Of a DNA stretch of 64,000 bases, positions 31,601 through 46,603 are shown one piece after another. The translations under genes and the position numbers were made by a program. The stretch is taken from assembly GCF_009914755.1 (NCBI RefSeq), contig NC_060926.1. One strand, given 5' to 3'. Below the pieces are notes generated by a model. It did not search any database, was not told the DNA's origin, and worked only from the letters and a program-made list of their open reading frames with translations. The stretch comes from the human T2T-CHM13v2.0 reference genome, Homo sapiens. Each line of letters begins with the position of its first letter. Position 1 is the stretch's first letter.

Positions 31601-32914
31601 GCCCCCAATCCCATACAGAGTTTAACATTTTATGCATCCTTTTGTAAAAACTGCTCAGTCCCTGGCTGGGGGAAGATAGTCTTCTTTTGGAATTTGCAAT
31701 TCCTGGTTTAATAAGCAATACCTGAAATGAATACGTTTCTTAGAACTCCTTTAGTTCTACTTGTTTGTTCTCCAAATCAGGTTAAAGGATTCTATCTTGC
31801 TTTATAAAAGGACATGGAGGCTATCAGGAGTTTTAGGAATCCCAGCTGTCAGTTTCATCTTCATCCACTAAATCTCTGCTGACCAGGGATAGAAATGACA
31901 AGCCGACAAACTTAAACAGTAAGAATTCTGGGCACCAAACTACAAAGTCTTAAGCAACAACAATTATACCTTAGTTAAAGTTGGTAAAGGGACTAAAGGC
32001 AGTAACTGTTGTTAGGCATTCAAAAGAAGCAGCTTAGGAGGTGAAGGTCAGTGTTCTGGTGGCCTCCTGACTTACTGGCTTTGCAGCTTGTCTAGTCTGC
32101 TTCTTGCATTGCCGGTCTGGCTCCCCAGTATGACTTCTGCCTTTACTCCCCCAGTTTAGTTCAATTTAGTTCCAAAACTTCCCCCAAGACTTACCTAGCT
32201 CAATTCTTACCAGCTCCAGGAAGTCTTCCCTGACTACAGTTCTTCCCTCTGGCCGCGAAGTATTGTTTCGTACGTTGTACCTTTGTCATTTTTAACAACA
32301 CGGAACAAAGCAGGAAGGGTCCTCCTGTGGGAGTTGAGGAATTGACCTCATCATTGCCAGGACTTGATCCCATTTCCTCACCTCTTAAAAGAGGGGCTAG
32401 AATCGAAAATCTCAGTCCCTGTGGCTCTGAAACCCTATGCTTTTGTGCTATTATTTCTTATCCTAAAGATAGAAGCAAACATATGGCTTTTGCTGTTTCT
32501 TGTGCTTCTCTTGTCCTTCTGTCTTTCCAATTAGATTGTAGATCCTTGAGGAAAAGGGTCATAGCTTTTAATTAATTTATGTATTGTGGCTAGTTCTAGT
32601 GCTGAGTAATAAATGTTTGCTGAGTAAACGATATGATGCTATGCCCTCATATCCAGTAACGCAGGACTTTCTATCTGCTCTTAAGGCATAACTTTCCTCT
32701 ATTTATCTGTAAAATAATAGTTCCATTTCAGACTGGCTCTTTGCTCCCCATGAGAAAAAAATATAGAGAGGAGTATTTTAGAATAAAGCTATACCTTCAA
32801 GTTCTTCATGCCCTTTCCCTAAAAATCCTCCAATGCAGTTGGAGAGTCACAACTCTGCTTAGCCTTCTTCCTCTTTACACTCAGGTTCAGTTGTGCTGAT
32901 CCTGTGGTATGATG

Positions 32915-33721
<807 letters not shown>

Positions 33722-36350
33722 AACAGATCCTCTTGATCATTGCTTCCAGAAAGTAGAATGCCTACTATCTTCCTTTTTTGGATCTTCAAGAAATAACAGA
33801 TTTACTCGTTAGTTTCTTCTTTGTCTAATTCTCTGACTTCATTATTCATTCATTTCTTTTATTCCTCCATAATCTAGAGAGGGACCCTCTCTAACATATC
33901 AAATGATCTTGCGACCGTGTTGGAAGCCTTGCTTCTCCAGTGGATGCTAACATTGTGAAACAAGCTATACCACCTTTAATTGTGGTCCCTAGACTCCAGT
34001 GGAGGCATCTTTTCATAAGGCTGGATGGAGTATGGGTTTCCTAGTCTTTCTCAATCCCTGTTCAAGGAGCTTTACTTACTGAAGTACCCAAAGGACCTTG
34101 TTTTCAGGCCTCACCTGGAACACTGCCCTGAGGTACCTATATTAAGGAGGAAGGTAGAGAGGCAGCTCCAGCTCACTTTCCCCTTCACATGCTATGAATT
34201 TTTTGTGAATTGCCTCCTTCCACCTTCAGTCTCTGCCCCTGTGTTTACTAATTTGAAGTGTTGCCACTAGTCAACAGGCTATTGAGGGACCCCTGGTCCT
34301 TTTGTTCATTCTTTCTTTTCAATGAGCATTTCCTGGTAGTCAGATGACGCTTCAACAATTAACACAGGAAGAAAGCCAAAACAAAAATGTGGGGAGGGTG
34401 ACGGATGGGTGGGATGAATATTATGTGAGGAAACAAGAAATTTCTCTCCCCATGTTTGGGAAATACTTCAATACTGATATGCCTATTTGGTGATGAGAAA
34501 CAGACATAATGTGACTTATTAAGAAATCAGTAAGCAGGCTTAGCTTCAGATCCAGCAGTTCCTGGACTCCCATCCTACCCGTTCCCTCTGAGGTTCCTGG
34601 GGGTGTGCACAACTACCGGGTGCATCTTCAGTAGGAACTCTCAGAGGACATAGGGGCTATGTTTATCTTAGGAGTTTTTATACACTATTCCTAATGCTAG
34701 GAGGACTGGGCCATACACCTATGTTACTGACAGTATAACTACCTCTTGGGTTCCCTCTTTTTTCAGGAAACATAGTTATTAGCATTTTTGCATAATATCT
34801 AAGCATATTAACTTTGATAGTTACATATAGAGATGAATATACAAGGAATCAAGGGAAGATTGCTGATGTAAAGACATGAACACAGTCTTCTTAAAGCATA
34901 TGCACTGATTTTTTATTTTTCACAGAAAAATAATAGATTATACAAAAAGCCCTGAACCTATAAAAGTCAAATGATGTATTTCTTCCCATGGCAAGGCAGA
35001 GGTGGTATTTATAGTCCTGCAAGCAGCTGAATGGAGATAATTTAGGTTCCGTTGGCTTTTCTGGCTGAAAGCTCCAGTTCCAATAGATAGGGAATCCCCT
35101 GAATCAATTATAAAATGGAGTAACTGGGAGATTTACCGAATATCTTTTCAGGACTAGAAGGTAAGGGATATGAAAGTGTTTTGAACTGAAAACTGCAGAA
35201 ACCAAAGCTTTTTTGTAAATTTAACTTTTGAGGATTGTTTCAAGAACTCTGCTTAAGTGTTTTGAAAAGATGTTCAAGGTGAGGCTGAAGTTTTTTAACA
35301 TTTGTCAGTGAATTTCATTAAAAATACGTTGTATGTTAGATGCTGCTGGCATTCCACTGTTGAGAAAACTAAAGACGTTTATTTCATGGATTGGGCAGAA
35401 TGGCATCCATTTATCCTAAGCCTCCAATGTGGGCTTAAGGACAAGTGGCTTAAAAGGGTAGATGTTAAAATTTCTTCCTCTCGCCAAGGGCAGGTACGCA
35501 GAATAGAAATGTGATGGCAGTTGGAGGGATATTCGTCAGATTCAATTTCACTAGAAATTTCCCTGTATCCAAATCATCTTGAATAACACAGAAGGTGCAG
35601 CAAAATGTACTGAATCATTGCTTTGAAAAGGATTTTGAATCTAAAACAGAAAGTAGTTATGCCGGTATGATTTTAACCAATTAACCACAGAAGAGTTTAA
35701 ATGCAACCCAATTTTTATCATTTCGAATGGACTTTTTGTTCCCTGTTTGTATAATTCTATTCCAATTCATCTGAATTATATTGTACTCACTTCCTGTTCT
35801 GTGGTTTTTCTGGTTCTTCAGAAGACATTAGAAATCAAGCGCCAGCGTTTCTGTGAAGGTTTCTTTATGATTAGTTTTTTTCCTTTTAACACCTAGATGC
35901 CTTTTCCCTGCCGGTAAACAAGGGGCATTTCATATATTAGGATTTAATTGAGGTGATAGTATTTAATTCTACGTATTTCTAAAAGAAAGTATACATACAA
36001 ATCAACTTGACTCCACTGAAAATATTTTTCTCTAATGAAAATGCGGATAGAAAATTGAGCAGTCTATATTTTTAGTGTTTTGAGTACTTCAAGTTGATGG
36101 TACAAATTGTGTTTTCAACTTTGCTTAAAACAAACGAAGACAGATTTCTGATGTTTTAATTAATTCAACTAATAGAGAATTACTATTTTTCTGTTTTCTG
36201 GTACATATTAATTAAAGAGAGAGCTGTGTATCATTAACCAATGATCAGGTTTTATAAATGAGCTTTTACCTTCTCTCCATCTCCCATATTCATAGGGGAA
36301 CAGGGTGTCTAAGATTGTACTTTGGATTGTTTGTTGGTTTTTGCAAACAG

Positions 36351-36506
36351 GTGTCTTATTAAGGATTTTGAAAGGCGACCTTCCGTCACACATCTCCTTG
36401 ACCACCCATTTATTAAAGGAGTACATGGAAAAGTTCTGTTTCTGCAAAAACAGCTGGCCAAGGTTCTCCAAGACCAGAAGCATCAAAATCCTGTTGCTAA
36501 AACCAG
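36351..36506 (+). CDS. MYO3B: MYO3B coding exon (~exon 9, 156 nt, phase 2-2): [51 protein letters not shown](R), end of kinase domain plus linker
   Basis: Acceptor ttgcaaacag at 36341-36350, donor AG|gtactg at 36507. Kinase subdomain XI motif CL.KD...RPS...LL.HPF. Overlaps ORF 36322..36549. Confidence 0.95.
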
Positions 36507-37749
36507 GTACTGTACTCTCTTTCTTCTTTCTCCCTGTGGTTGTTTATAAAAATGTCATGTCATGTGTTTTGATTTGCCCAGCATTATTACTGGTAGTTAT
36601 TACATTCCTGCATTTTTAAGAGTTTTATTTACATGACATTAAGTACTCCATGCCCAGTGGATGAGAGCAGGAGAACTTCAGAAACAAACTGCCCATTTGT
36701 GCTCTTATGGCCAATTTCTCTCAAGTGGCTGAAATCTTACTCTGCCCTGGTGTTCAGTTAGCTTTAGTTAAAAAATCAACAAATATATATATTTACATTT
36801 AACAGAAATTTGGATTTTTTTTTTTTTTTTACCAATAGAGGTAACCGTATGAAAGCAACCATGGCTGACATTGTGTGAAACACCTTTACTTGGCCATTGT
36901 AGACTGAAGAGCAGTAATGCAGGCTGTAAAGTGATTTTGGAAAGATTATGAGCTAAACACCGAAGGCTGTTTCTCTAATGTGCTCTGAGACCATTTTCTC
37001 TTTAGTTTCAAACTCTTTAGAGTCGATTTGGTATTTTTAAGTAACATTTTTCAGGTATTTCTTATGCTATCTAAAGCAACTGTGATTCCTACCCTACCTC
37101 ATCCTCTTTTTTTTTAGAAGGTAGATTTTTATACAAATGTTTATTTTCAGGGGCAAGTGCTTTAAACAGTATTCCCTGGTAAATCTCTAAGAAATAGATC
37201 TTCAATTTCTGTCCAGAGGGTGGCAGAATTTCTCTTTAAAAAAAATTAAATGCAAATAAACCTGCTTCCTATGCTCAGCAATTATTTGGTTTTATGAAAC
37301 CATCCAGGATGTAGATAAGCTCCAGTCCATTATTATTAAAAGAACATTGGAAGTACTGGAGGTGAAGAAAATAAAATATCATAAGTTACAAGTTCTGGAA
37401 ATATTCATGTATTCTGCAGAAAACTGTTTACTAATCAAAAAGCCAAACATTGGCATCCAAACTCTTGGAGCTGGAGGCGTAGTATCAAGGTGACTATATT
37501 TTGCTGATTTTTCTCCACCAGGTTCCCTTTTGGATAGCTCAGAGGGGATTTTTTTTCCTACTTGTTTCCTTTTTCCACTGCCTTTTCTGTTTCTATGGAC
37601 TCCCTACAGAGTAGAGAAATGCAGAGAAATTCTTGTGACTTGGGGTCTTTTTGAAGCAGCAGGAACTTGTGTTTAAGCCCCAGGGAGCTGAAATCTCTTT
37701 TCTTCCTTGTTTTGGTTCCTATACACCAGCCACCACCCCTACCACCCAC

Positions 37750-37751
<2 letters not shown>

Positions 37752-37788
<37 letters not shown>
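37752..37788. repeat. (CA)n microsatellite within a CAC-rich tract
   Basis: Direct reading. Confidence 0.95.
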
Positions 37789-37789
<1 letters not shown>

Positions 37790-38049
37790 CACCACCACCA
37801 CCAAAAATGAAGACGAAGTAAAAGAAAATACAAACCAAGCAAAAAACAAACCCAACATCTAAAGGGTATGAGTCAAATCCAGCATCTCCTCCTTGTCTCC
37901 CTGTTCTAGGATTTGCCATGGAATGATTTCTAAGACTTCATTTGCCAAGCTATCTGGATTTTCATATTTGCCTGACTTTGCCTGTCCAGATCTATGCTCT
38001 CTCTCTCTCTCTCTTTTTTTTTCTTTTTTTTTCAACAAGAAAAAGAACA

Positions 38050-38401
<352 letters not shown>

Positions 38402-38930
38402 TCATCCCCTTTCTCTAATTTCTCTTTATCTTTGTTAACTCCTTTGATGTCAGAAGCCTCATGTGGTGGCAAAGGCTTCTCACAGGGTCTTTGTAATCTT
38501 GAGTTTCACTCAGTGGTTTGTGTTTCTTTGAACTATCATTAAAAAAAAATACAACCTCACAAATAGGTATCAACACTTTAAACAGACACTTCCTTAGGAT
38601 GTGGGAAAATTAATTCCAAAGGAAACACAGTGCACGTAATTGACACTTAACCTGCCACCTCTCTTGTACTATTACTTCCTCTTAGCAACTGGCAAGGAGC
38701 TGGCTACATAGATGTTTTTCAGCCCACCAGGAAAAACTCTCAAATATCATTCCATGCTGATAAATCAATATATTTAAAGCTGTGGTTTTTCAAGTTAAAG
38801 CAGAAAAAAAAAAAAAACAGAAAAATTGAGGTGAGTATATAGATGATTGAGGCCTAATTACCCGCTCATCATTTTTCTGCACAGTTATGGCCACCCGGCA
38901 GGCAGTGCAATGTGGTGATTAAAACCACTG

Positions 38931-39281
38931 GCTTGGCAGGGTGTGGTGGCTCACACGTGTAATCCCAGCACGTTGGGAGGCTGAGATAGGAGGATCACTT
39001 GAGCCCAGGAGTTTGAGACCAGGCTGGTCACTATAGCAAGACCTCATCTCTACTAAAAAAATTAAATAAATAATAAAAAATAAAAGAAAAATTAGCCGTG
39101 CATGGTGGCACATGCCTGTAGTCCCCGGAGGCTGACATGGCAGGATCACTTGAGCCCAGGAGTTTGAGGCTGCAGCAAACTGTGATTGCACCACTGCATT
39201 CTAGCCTGGGCAACAGAGTGAGACCCTGTCTCAAAAAAAAAAAAAAAAAAAAAAAAAAAACAACAACAACAAAGAAAAAAA
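38931..39281 (+). mobile_element. Alu (AluJ-like) with long A tail
   Basis: 'aggaggatcacttgagcccaggagtttgag' motif in both arms. Confidence 0.93.
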
Positions 39282-39624
39282 TCTATTGCTCTGCCAGGTT
39301 TGGATCTCAGGCCAGCCACTAACTGGATAAGTTTTTAATCTTTCTCTTCCAAAGTTTCTTCTATAAAACGGGGGTTATTTTGAGGGTTAAGTGAGTCAAT
39401 ACATGTAAAATGCTTAGAATAATGCAACCTCCATAAATGTTAGTAGTAGAAGTAGTGTACAAGGTCTATTTAATTCTGAGTCTTTCATTTCTTTTTAACA
39501 CTAACTACCTCTTGCCCATAATCTGTGCAAATTCATCTTTTTACTTACTGTACAAGATCATGAAAATAAACACTACTGAGGTACTGAATGTTTAAAATAT
39601 CCCATTTTATCTCTTATTCAATAT

Positions 39625-40320
39625 CTAATTTATTCATTCAAGAGGCATTTATACATGTGTATGTGTCAGGCCCTATGCTGAACAGAGGGACTACAAAGGC
39701 AAATCAGATGCAGTTCCTGATAAAGAGCTAATAGTCTGGTGTGTGATAGAGACAAGAATCAGGTGAGAACAGTTCAAAATGAAAAGTACCTAGATAAAGG
39801 AATGCCTGGGATACCTCTCAGAGCACCTGGTAAAGACACCTAAGTCAGTCTGGGGTTGGGATGGTAGGGGAAGATGCCCTGGAGCTGCTGGGTAGATGAT
39901 CCTTGAACTGCCCTGAAGAACAAATCAAAGATAGTCAAGGAAAGGGGGTTATTCGGGGTAGAGGGGAAAGAAAGAGCAATGAGCAAAGGGCAAGGCACAA
40001 GGGCTAGAGAGAGCTTGGGGAATCTGGTGAACAATTAGTTGACATGGCTGGAGCTTGGCATGGGGTAGGTGGGAGGGAGAGACAAGGTAGACAGAAGCCA
40101 CGTCATCATGGGCCTAAGGAGCTTGAATTTGTTTCTTAGGTGCTAGGGAGCCATTGAAGAGTTCCAGAAAGTTGTTCTGATTGCAGTATGGAGAATGAAG
40201 CAGGGCAAGGCTGCAGCCAGGGAACTAGTGAGCAGATCATAGTAATTACAAATGGCAGAAGATATTAAAATAATGATATTGTCAGGACTTAGTGATGGAT
40301 TGATTGAGGGAGATTAGGGA
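39625..40320 (-). mobile_element. L2 LINE 3' fragment
   Basis: 'ttattcattcaa...tgtgtcaggccctatgctg', 'agggagccattgaagagtt', 'gtcaggacttagtgatggattga' resemble reverse-strand L2. Confidence 0.6.
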
Positions 40321-41844
40321 AACAGAGAAGTGTGTTGGGGCCTACCCAAACTGGGCTGCCTCCCTGGCCTGGTTCACAATGCAATCATGTAGAAATTGCA
40401 AGACACGTCTTCATAGTCTATCAAATGCAATGCCAAGTACTTCCAGATATTACACAAAGCTTCCAGCTTTCTGCCCAAAAGAGAGTTCTTCAATGGTCTA
40501 GGCAGTCCTGGGCCCTCCAGCTGTAGCAACTCTTTTTGGATTTGAGAGCTGATACAGAGTAATGAAACCTATAATCTACAGGGAAAACTTTCTTACCATT
40601 CCTGCAAAGGTAAGGAACGTTCAGTCCACTTTAGTACTTTTCCCAGGGGAGAGAGAAGTTGGTAGTTTGAGCAGGATGCAGGGAAGAATGCAAGTTCTTA
40701 AAGGATGGGGGAACACTTGGACAGGTAAAGGGGAAGGATATATATAGAGAGGGAGACAACGAAGACAGAAGAGAGAGGAAGCAATGGAGGAAGCAAGAGG
40801 GAGTGGGTCAGGGGCCTAAAAGGGAGGTTGACTTTAGAAAGAGAGAAACTCTAAGTTGGGAAAGACACAGCAAGGTTAGATAAAAGTACTCAGAAAACTT
40901 AGGAGAGGAGGCATTGTGAGGAAATTCATGTTGAATGGCCTTTAAAAAAAAAAAAAAACTTAGCAAGGTTTCAGAGTTGGGAGTGGATTGTGGACTCCAG
41001 GGAATCGTTAAATCTTTGAGATATTCACTATGAGGAATATGATAAAGGGTCAGTTAAAGATCGACATCATGATTGCTTAATAGCATAGAAAACCCAGGTA
41101 GAATGCAACTGAATAGCATCCTATTGTAGTGAAGTTAATCAGTGTCTAAGATAATGCATGTAGGGCATTCAGGACACTTGGCACTAGAAACTCTCAGAAA
41201 ATGCACCATCACCACTGCCGCCTTTCTCATCTGTCATCTCAATTAACTCTTAGCAGCAAGGAGTTAGGAGTAGAGAAAGCAGACATTATGGTCTTCTTCA
41301 GGCTAGAGACTGACTTCAGTGGACATGATGAGTGGGCAAGGAAGCAAGGGAATCGAGGTTAGTAGAAGAGTGGCCTTGGGATCTTTGTGGGTAGGGAAGA
41401 AAGTGACACCAGACTGGCTTATTGACTTTGAGGCTGATCTAGTCCTGGGACTGGCTATTACAACAAAGATGAAGAGCAGATTCAGTGAGGGGATGATGAG
41501 AAAAGGGATTGTAGAACTGAGATCCTAGGAACTTTTGATAGATAATTAGGAACTAAGGATAGCTGAGCTTGTGGGCAACTTCGGTGGAATAGAAAGAAAT
41601 GTTTTTTAAGTGTTGACAGGTTGAGGAACTCTTAGATCAGATCCATCTCAGTTATGGCACATATTCAAGAGTATTCAAAAACAAGGCTAAGAATCATGGA
41701 GGGCTTGTTCACATAGAGCAGAAGCTGTACTGTGCATGGAGGGCTTGAATTTGTAAGTCCCCTGTCTCACCTCTCCTGGGTCTAACCATTCAGGCTTTTC
41801 TGAGTGCTTTTTGGAAAGCCAGGATGTGATTCATCCCTATTTCA

Positions 41845-41877
41845 CTCTCTCTCTCTCTATATATGCATACATACACA

Positions 41878-41908
<31 letters not shown>
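41845..41908. repeat. Compound (CT)n(TA)n(CA)n microsatellite
   Basis: Direct reading. Confidence 0.9.
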
Positions 41909-44900
41909 TACAGATATAGATACAGGACAGCAGAGGCACCTGTGGAGAAGTGATATTGTACTATTTGAGATTTGATAGATACCATTACCTGATGCTGATT
42001 ATAGTGTATGTATGACATCATTGGAATTTAAGTTTTTCCAGTAAATTATAATTGTGCCAATGCATGTATTTGATTCAGGTACAATAGAGCAGTTATTAAT
42101 CCAAGTCTTACTCTTTTAAAGGAGTAAGCCCTAAAGGGCTAAAGAAGCCCTAAAACTATGTGAACAATGGGCTGAAGGTACATTGTTACTTCATCTGTTG
42201 GAGGTGTTTTTAAACTATTTGGTCATTTCCTTTATATCAGCACCTATTTCCTTGATCTGCAAAAAGACGACTTCTTCCCCAAACCAGTTTTGCAAATCCC
42301 TGAATTCATTAGTATCATCTGGTATGTCATCTCACTGTTAAAGTTCAGAGAAGTAGATTGAAAACATGCTTTGTATCATTTTACAAGGGTTATTGGGAGA
42401 AGAGTGAAACCACTCTCTGGAATGTGAGTGGAGGCAGGGAAAGGACTCGATTGTCTCTGCCACGACCATGAACTCAACCGTGAACCTCAGTAAAATTACA
42501 AGATCCAGCATGCCGTGCCCCTGCAGGTGGCTTGGTACTAGCTGAAACCACAGATATTAAACCCTAAATGCCAAGGGTCTGTTCTAAGTATTACTTGGTA
42601 GAAGAATTAAGTTGCTGGGTTTTTTTTTTTTCTGCTCTGTTTAATGGGTTGTCATGTCGCCCTTGCAATTTGCCTGAGGCTGATTAAAACAATGACTTCA
42701 GCTTTTGATTTCTTTTCAACCTGCAGCAATGACCTTTAAAAACAGATTTCTCACTATTTAACTGCTAGTTTTCCCCAGTAATCCTTGCTCACTCTCTCCC
42801 TCTTCTACCTTCAAATATGTGCATGCATGCACACACACACACACACACACACACAGAGCACCCCATATTATATACACTAATGGGTTATTGGGTTCTTATG
42901 TAAATAAGTAACTCCAGAAAGATTACTTCATAAAGTGCTGAAGAAGCTTAACACACAGGAGGTTAAATATCCTTTTATCTTCCTAACAGAAGAAATAAAT
43001 CTATACCTTGCTATAATTAGTATCTGCTATCTATCTATACCTATATCTGTCTATCTACAAATGAGTAAGTTAGTTAATATTAATTTTATGCTGGTGTTAC
43101 TGATTCTTGCCGCTTAGAGAAGTTGGGTATATCAAATACTGTTTAATATGATTAATGATAAGATGCTGATTTATTGGGATTCTGGCCAAAACGGTGCTTA
43201 GATGAAAAATGGGCAGATACTATAATAATTTCCACCCAAACAATTCTCCTATTTTAAAATTTATGCATTGTATTGTTTGAAAGACATAGCCTTAAGTTCA
43301 GGGTCAAGATACAGCTCATGTAGTTAAAGGTATCCAGCTGCTATCTCTGTCCATATTTGACTCTCAGTAGAATAATGTCATTCCTCAAAGGTCTGCTATT
43401 GTTTTTCTCGTTTGAGGTCCATTATTATATAGTTACGGTAAAATAAAAGTCCCTCTTTCATTGGCTCTGTTATCAAAGGGTATATTGAATGGAAATTAAG
43501 ATTTAGAAGAAATATTCAACATCACTGACCTTGGTGTAGTAACAGTACTCTATTCTCAGTTTTGAGTAATGTTTTCTTTCTTATATGGAATCCATTGAAT
43601 GTAGTGATAAGGGAGTGATCCCTGAGTTCTCTCTATGGCCATGGAGGCTTTTGTCCTAGATTCTTGAGGACTGACATCTTTGAGCCTGCACCTTTTTCCT
43701 TATTCCCTCTCTCTATTTTTTTTTTTTTGCCTCTATCCGCAACAAATTTTACTTCCTTTTCCATCTGGAATCTGGTAACAGTGATAGTCATTCTCCACTT
43801 TTTGCAGTTCCACTCTTGGACGGAGGAGAGGGTTCTTATCCTGGGTGTGGAGGAGCAGAGGCAGAGGTGACCTTCACAATGGTGCTGACACAGGGTGACT
43901 CTCTAAGAAGCCAGCAGGCATTTCTCAGTGCAGAGATTAACTTCTTAGGAGTATATTGCTTGTTGTTATTATTATTAGGCTGAATTGATAAGCTAGAAGA
44001 ATTTGTTTCCTTCTCATGTTTGAGTTATGATTTAGAGCACCTTTTTCTATTACTTGTTCTTCATCATAGTTGGGGAGTGAAAGGAAGAGCGTATCCTGTC
44101 TCACCTACGTGAAGTTCTTGCAGCTCTGTTTGTACCTACCTGCATGGAAGCCTCCACTTCCATAGGCATAACTGGCAGACAGAAAGAGGCTAATTGATTA
44201 ATGAGTCACTTTTGGGCAAAATATGTTTGTCAATATAGTTCATAGGACTAGCAGCTCAAACAAAGAAGCTAGCAGGCCCAGTGATGAGATATTAGAGAAC
44301 AATGACACACAAATGGTTTTAACCATAATGCAGATATAGAGATTAAACTAGAGTGAAAGCTGCAAAACTTTAGGAGTTTATTTCATGAGAATAATTCTTC
44401 TAGTGTTTAAACCAGTTTGGTGTCCTCTAAAGCTCCTTTCCCACTCATTGGCTGGGCCAAAGATTTAAACAAAGACCCCCATCCTCTACCTCATCTATGC
44501 CCACTGTTGTCTTAGGGGAACTCCCAGCCTCTACCTCTGGCTCTGTCTTTCCCGTTCTTCAGATTCTGTTCTTACGCTGCACCCATTTCCTCGGACTTGA
44601 TGGTACAGACTTACCCTCATTCCCACCCTACTTGATCCATGGATTCAGGCACCAGTTTCCCCTTTACCTGATCCCTGAAACCTAAGGCCCGTCCTGCTCT
44701 CCACAGTCTCCCGCTCCACTGCCACACCAAAAGCAAACTCCAGGAACCAGTCCAAGCCAAGACTTTCCCTCTAAGCTCCAACTCGCAAACTCTGTTTGTC
44801 TGAGAAGCCAGCCTTGGCAGCCAACATACTTACAAACTCATAAAAACAAGTAGGAAATCTAAGAAAAGCAATATAAACTTTACTGGAATTTGAAAACGTC

Positions 44901-46294
44901 TTCTGAGCCATTAAAACTACAGTGCCTTACCACATACTTTTGATTTAGTAGAATGTTTTTTGCTGTTTATCCATTCATTTATCTATGTCTCCATTCCTCT
45001 GAGCTTTGGAATACTCGATCCAAGTAGCTTTTAGTTGGAGATCTGTAATTTTCACATTAAACGAGGAATTCTTCAGCAAAAATTGATAATAGGTCCTATT
45101 CTCAAGTAGGGCACTAGATGGAGCATGTGAATTTAAAGGAAATTAAGATCTATAGTTACTAATGACACAAATCACTTAACTCAATAAAATTTAAAAAAAT
45201 AAACCAAGTTTATTTTTATTAATTTCAACTAAAAATAGAGAAATATAAAACAACGTAACGCTTTTTATAAGCTTATGCAAAGTCTAGGAAAATGTTTTTA
45301 AAGGAGATAAAAATTGAAATAAATAATGCTTTTTCTCTACGATAGACCCTCCAAACCCCATAGCCAGAGGAGGAAAGTTAAGCGGGCAGCAGTTTCCAAA
45401 GAACACTAGTTGTGGAAGGCAGAAATAGTGCTACACATATATATATTTTTTCTGGTTGAGAAAACGAAGTGGTCTTTATCAGAGTAGAGAAGTCTTGCAT
45501 CTACATCCACTTCTAGATTGCCTACTTCACTTTTAGGAGCAAATATTTCTAAAGAATTTGATCGCCTGTAAGCATGGAAAGAGGCCACACATTGCTACTA
45601 ATAGCAGTTAAAATTTTTAAAAAGTTATTTTTTGTTAATACAATATTATTGGGGAAGATTTTTTACAAGAATCAAGCTCAGATTTGCAGACAACATCTGC
45701 ATGATTCTTGGAAGTTATATCTGTGAGACAGATTGGCATAGCACACAATCTCCTTCAGGCTCAGAAGATACCAATGTTGATCCTAGTGATATTGCATTGT
45801 GTATATTCACACTGAAAATTAAAACTTTCTACTAGACTGCATCTATTTGTGAGATTGCAAGTAAGGTTTGGTCCGTGCTTCCATTTTTAGTTGGCTATAA
45901 AAATGTCATCCAATGTGAAGCTTGGCATTTCTGTATGCAGCTCAGGCTGCCATTAAATCCAGGTCAGGAGTTACTGAAGGAAAAAAAAGCCTGGAAAACT
46001 CACCATTGGTTCAGTGGTATTTTGAGTTCTGACTTCCTTCCCCAGTCTGCCTGTTACAATTTACTTCTCAGAGTCTTAAGATAGCTGCTCCATGCATTCT
46101 GACAAGGGTATTTAGTTGTCTTCAGTGAGGAGTGGAGAGGGCTTACTCCATCTTGACCAGAACCAGATCTGAGGTAATTTTTTAATTATTGATTTTCTTT
46201 GTCAAATGATGTGCAGAATATGCAATTATAAGATATAAATGTAGGAAGGAGACAAACTAGCTGAATTTAATATGGTAATTTAATTATTTCATGA

Positions 46295-46603
<309 letters not shown>

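Noticed and set aside
33995-34008. CTCF-like ccagtggaggca
   Set aside because: One base short in the core spacing; poor match.
36305-36619. 104-aa alternative-frame ORF overlapping the kinase-end exon
   Set aside because: Starts at a non-ATG codon in the intron, has no domain similarity, and is explained as a shadow frame of the real exon.
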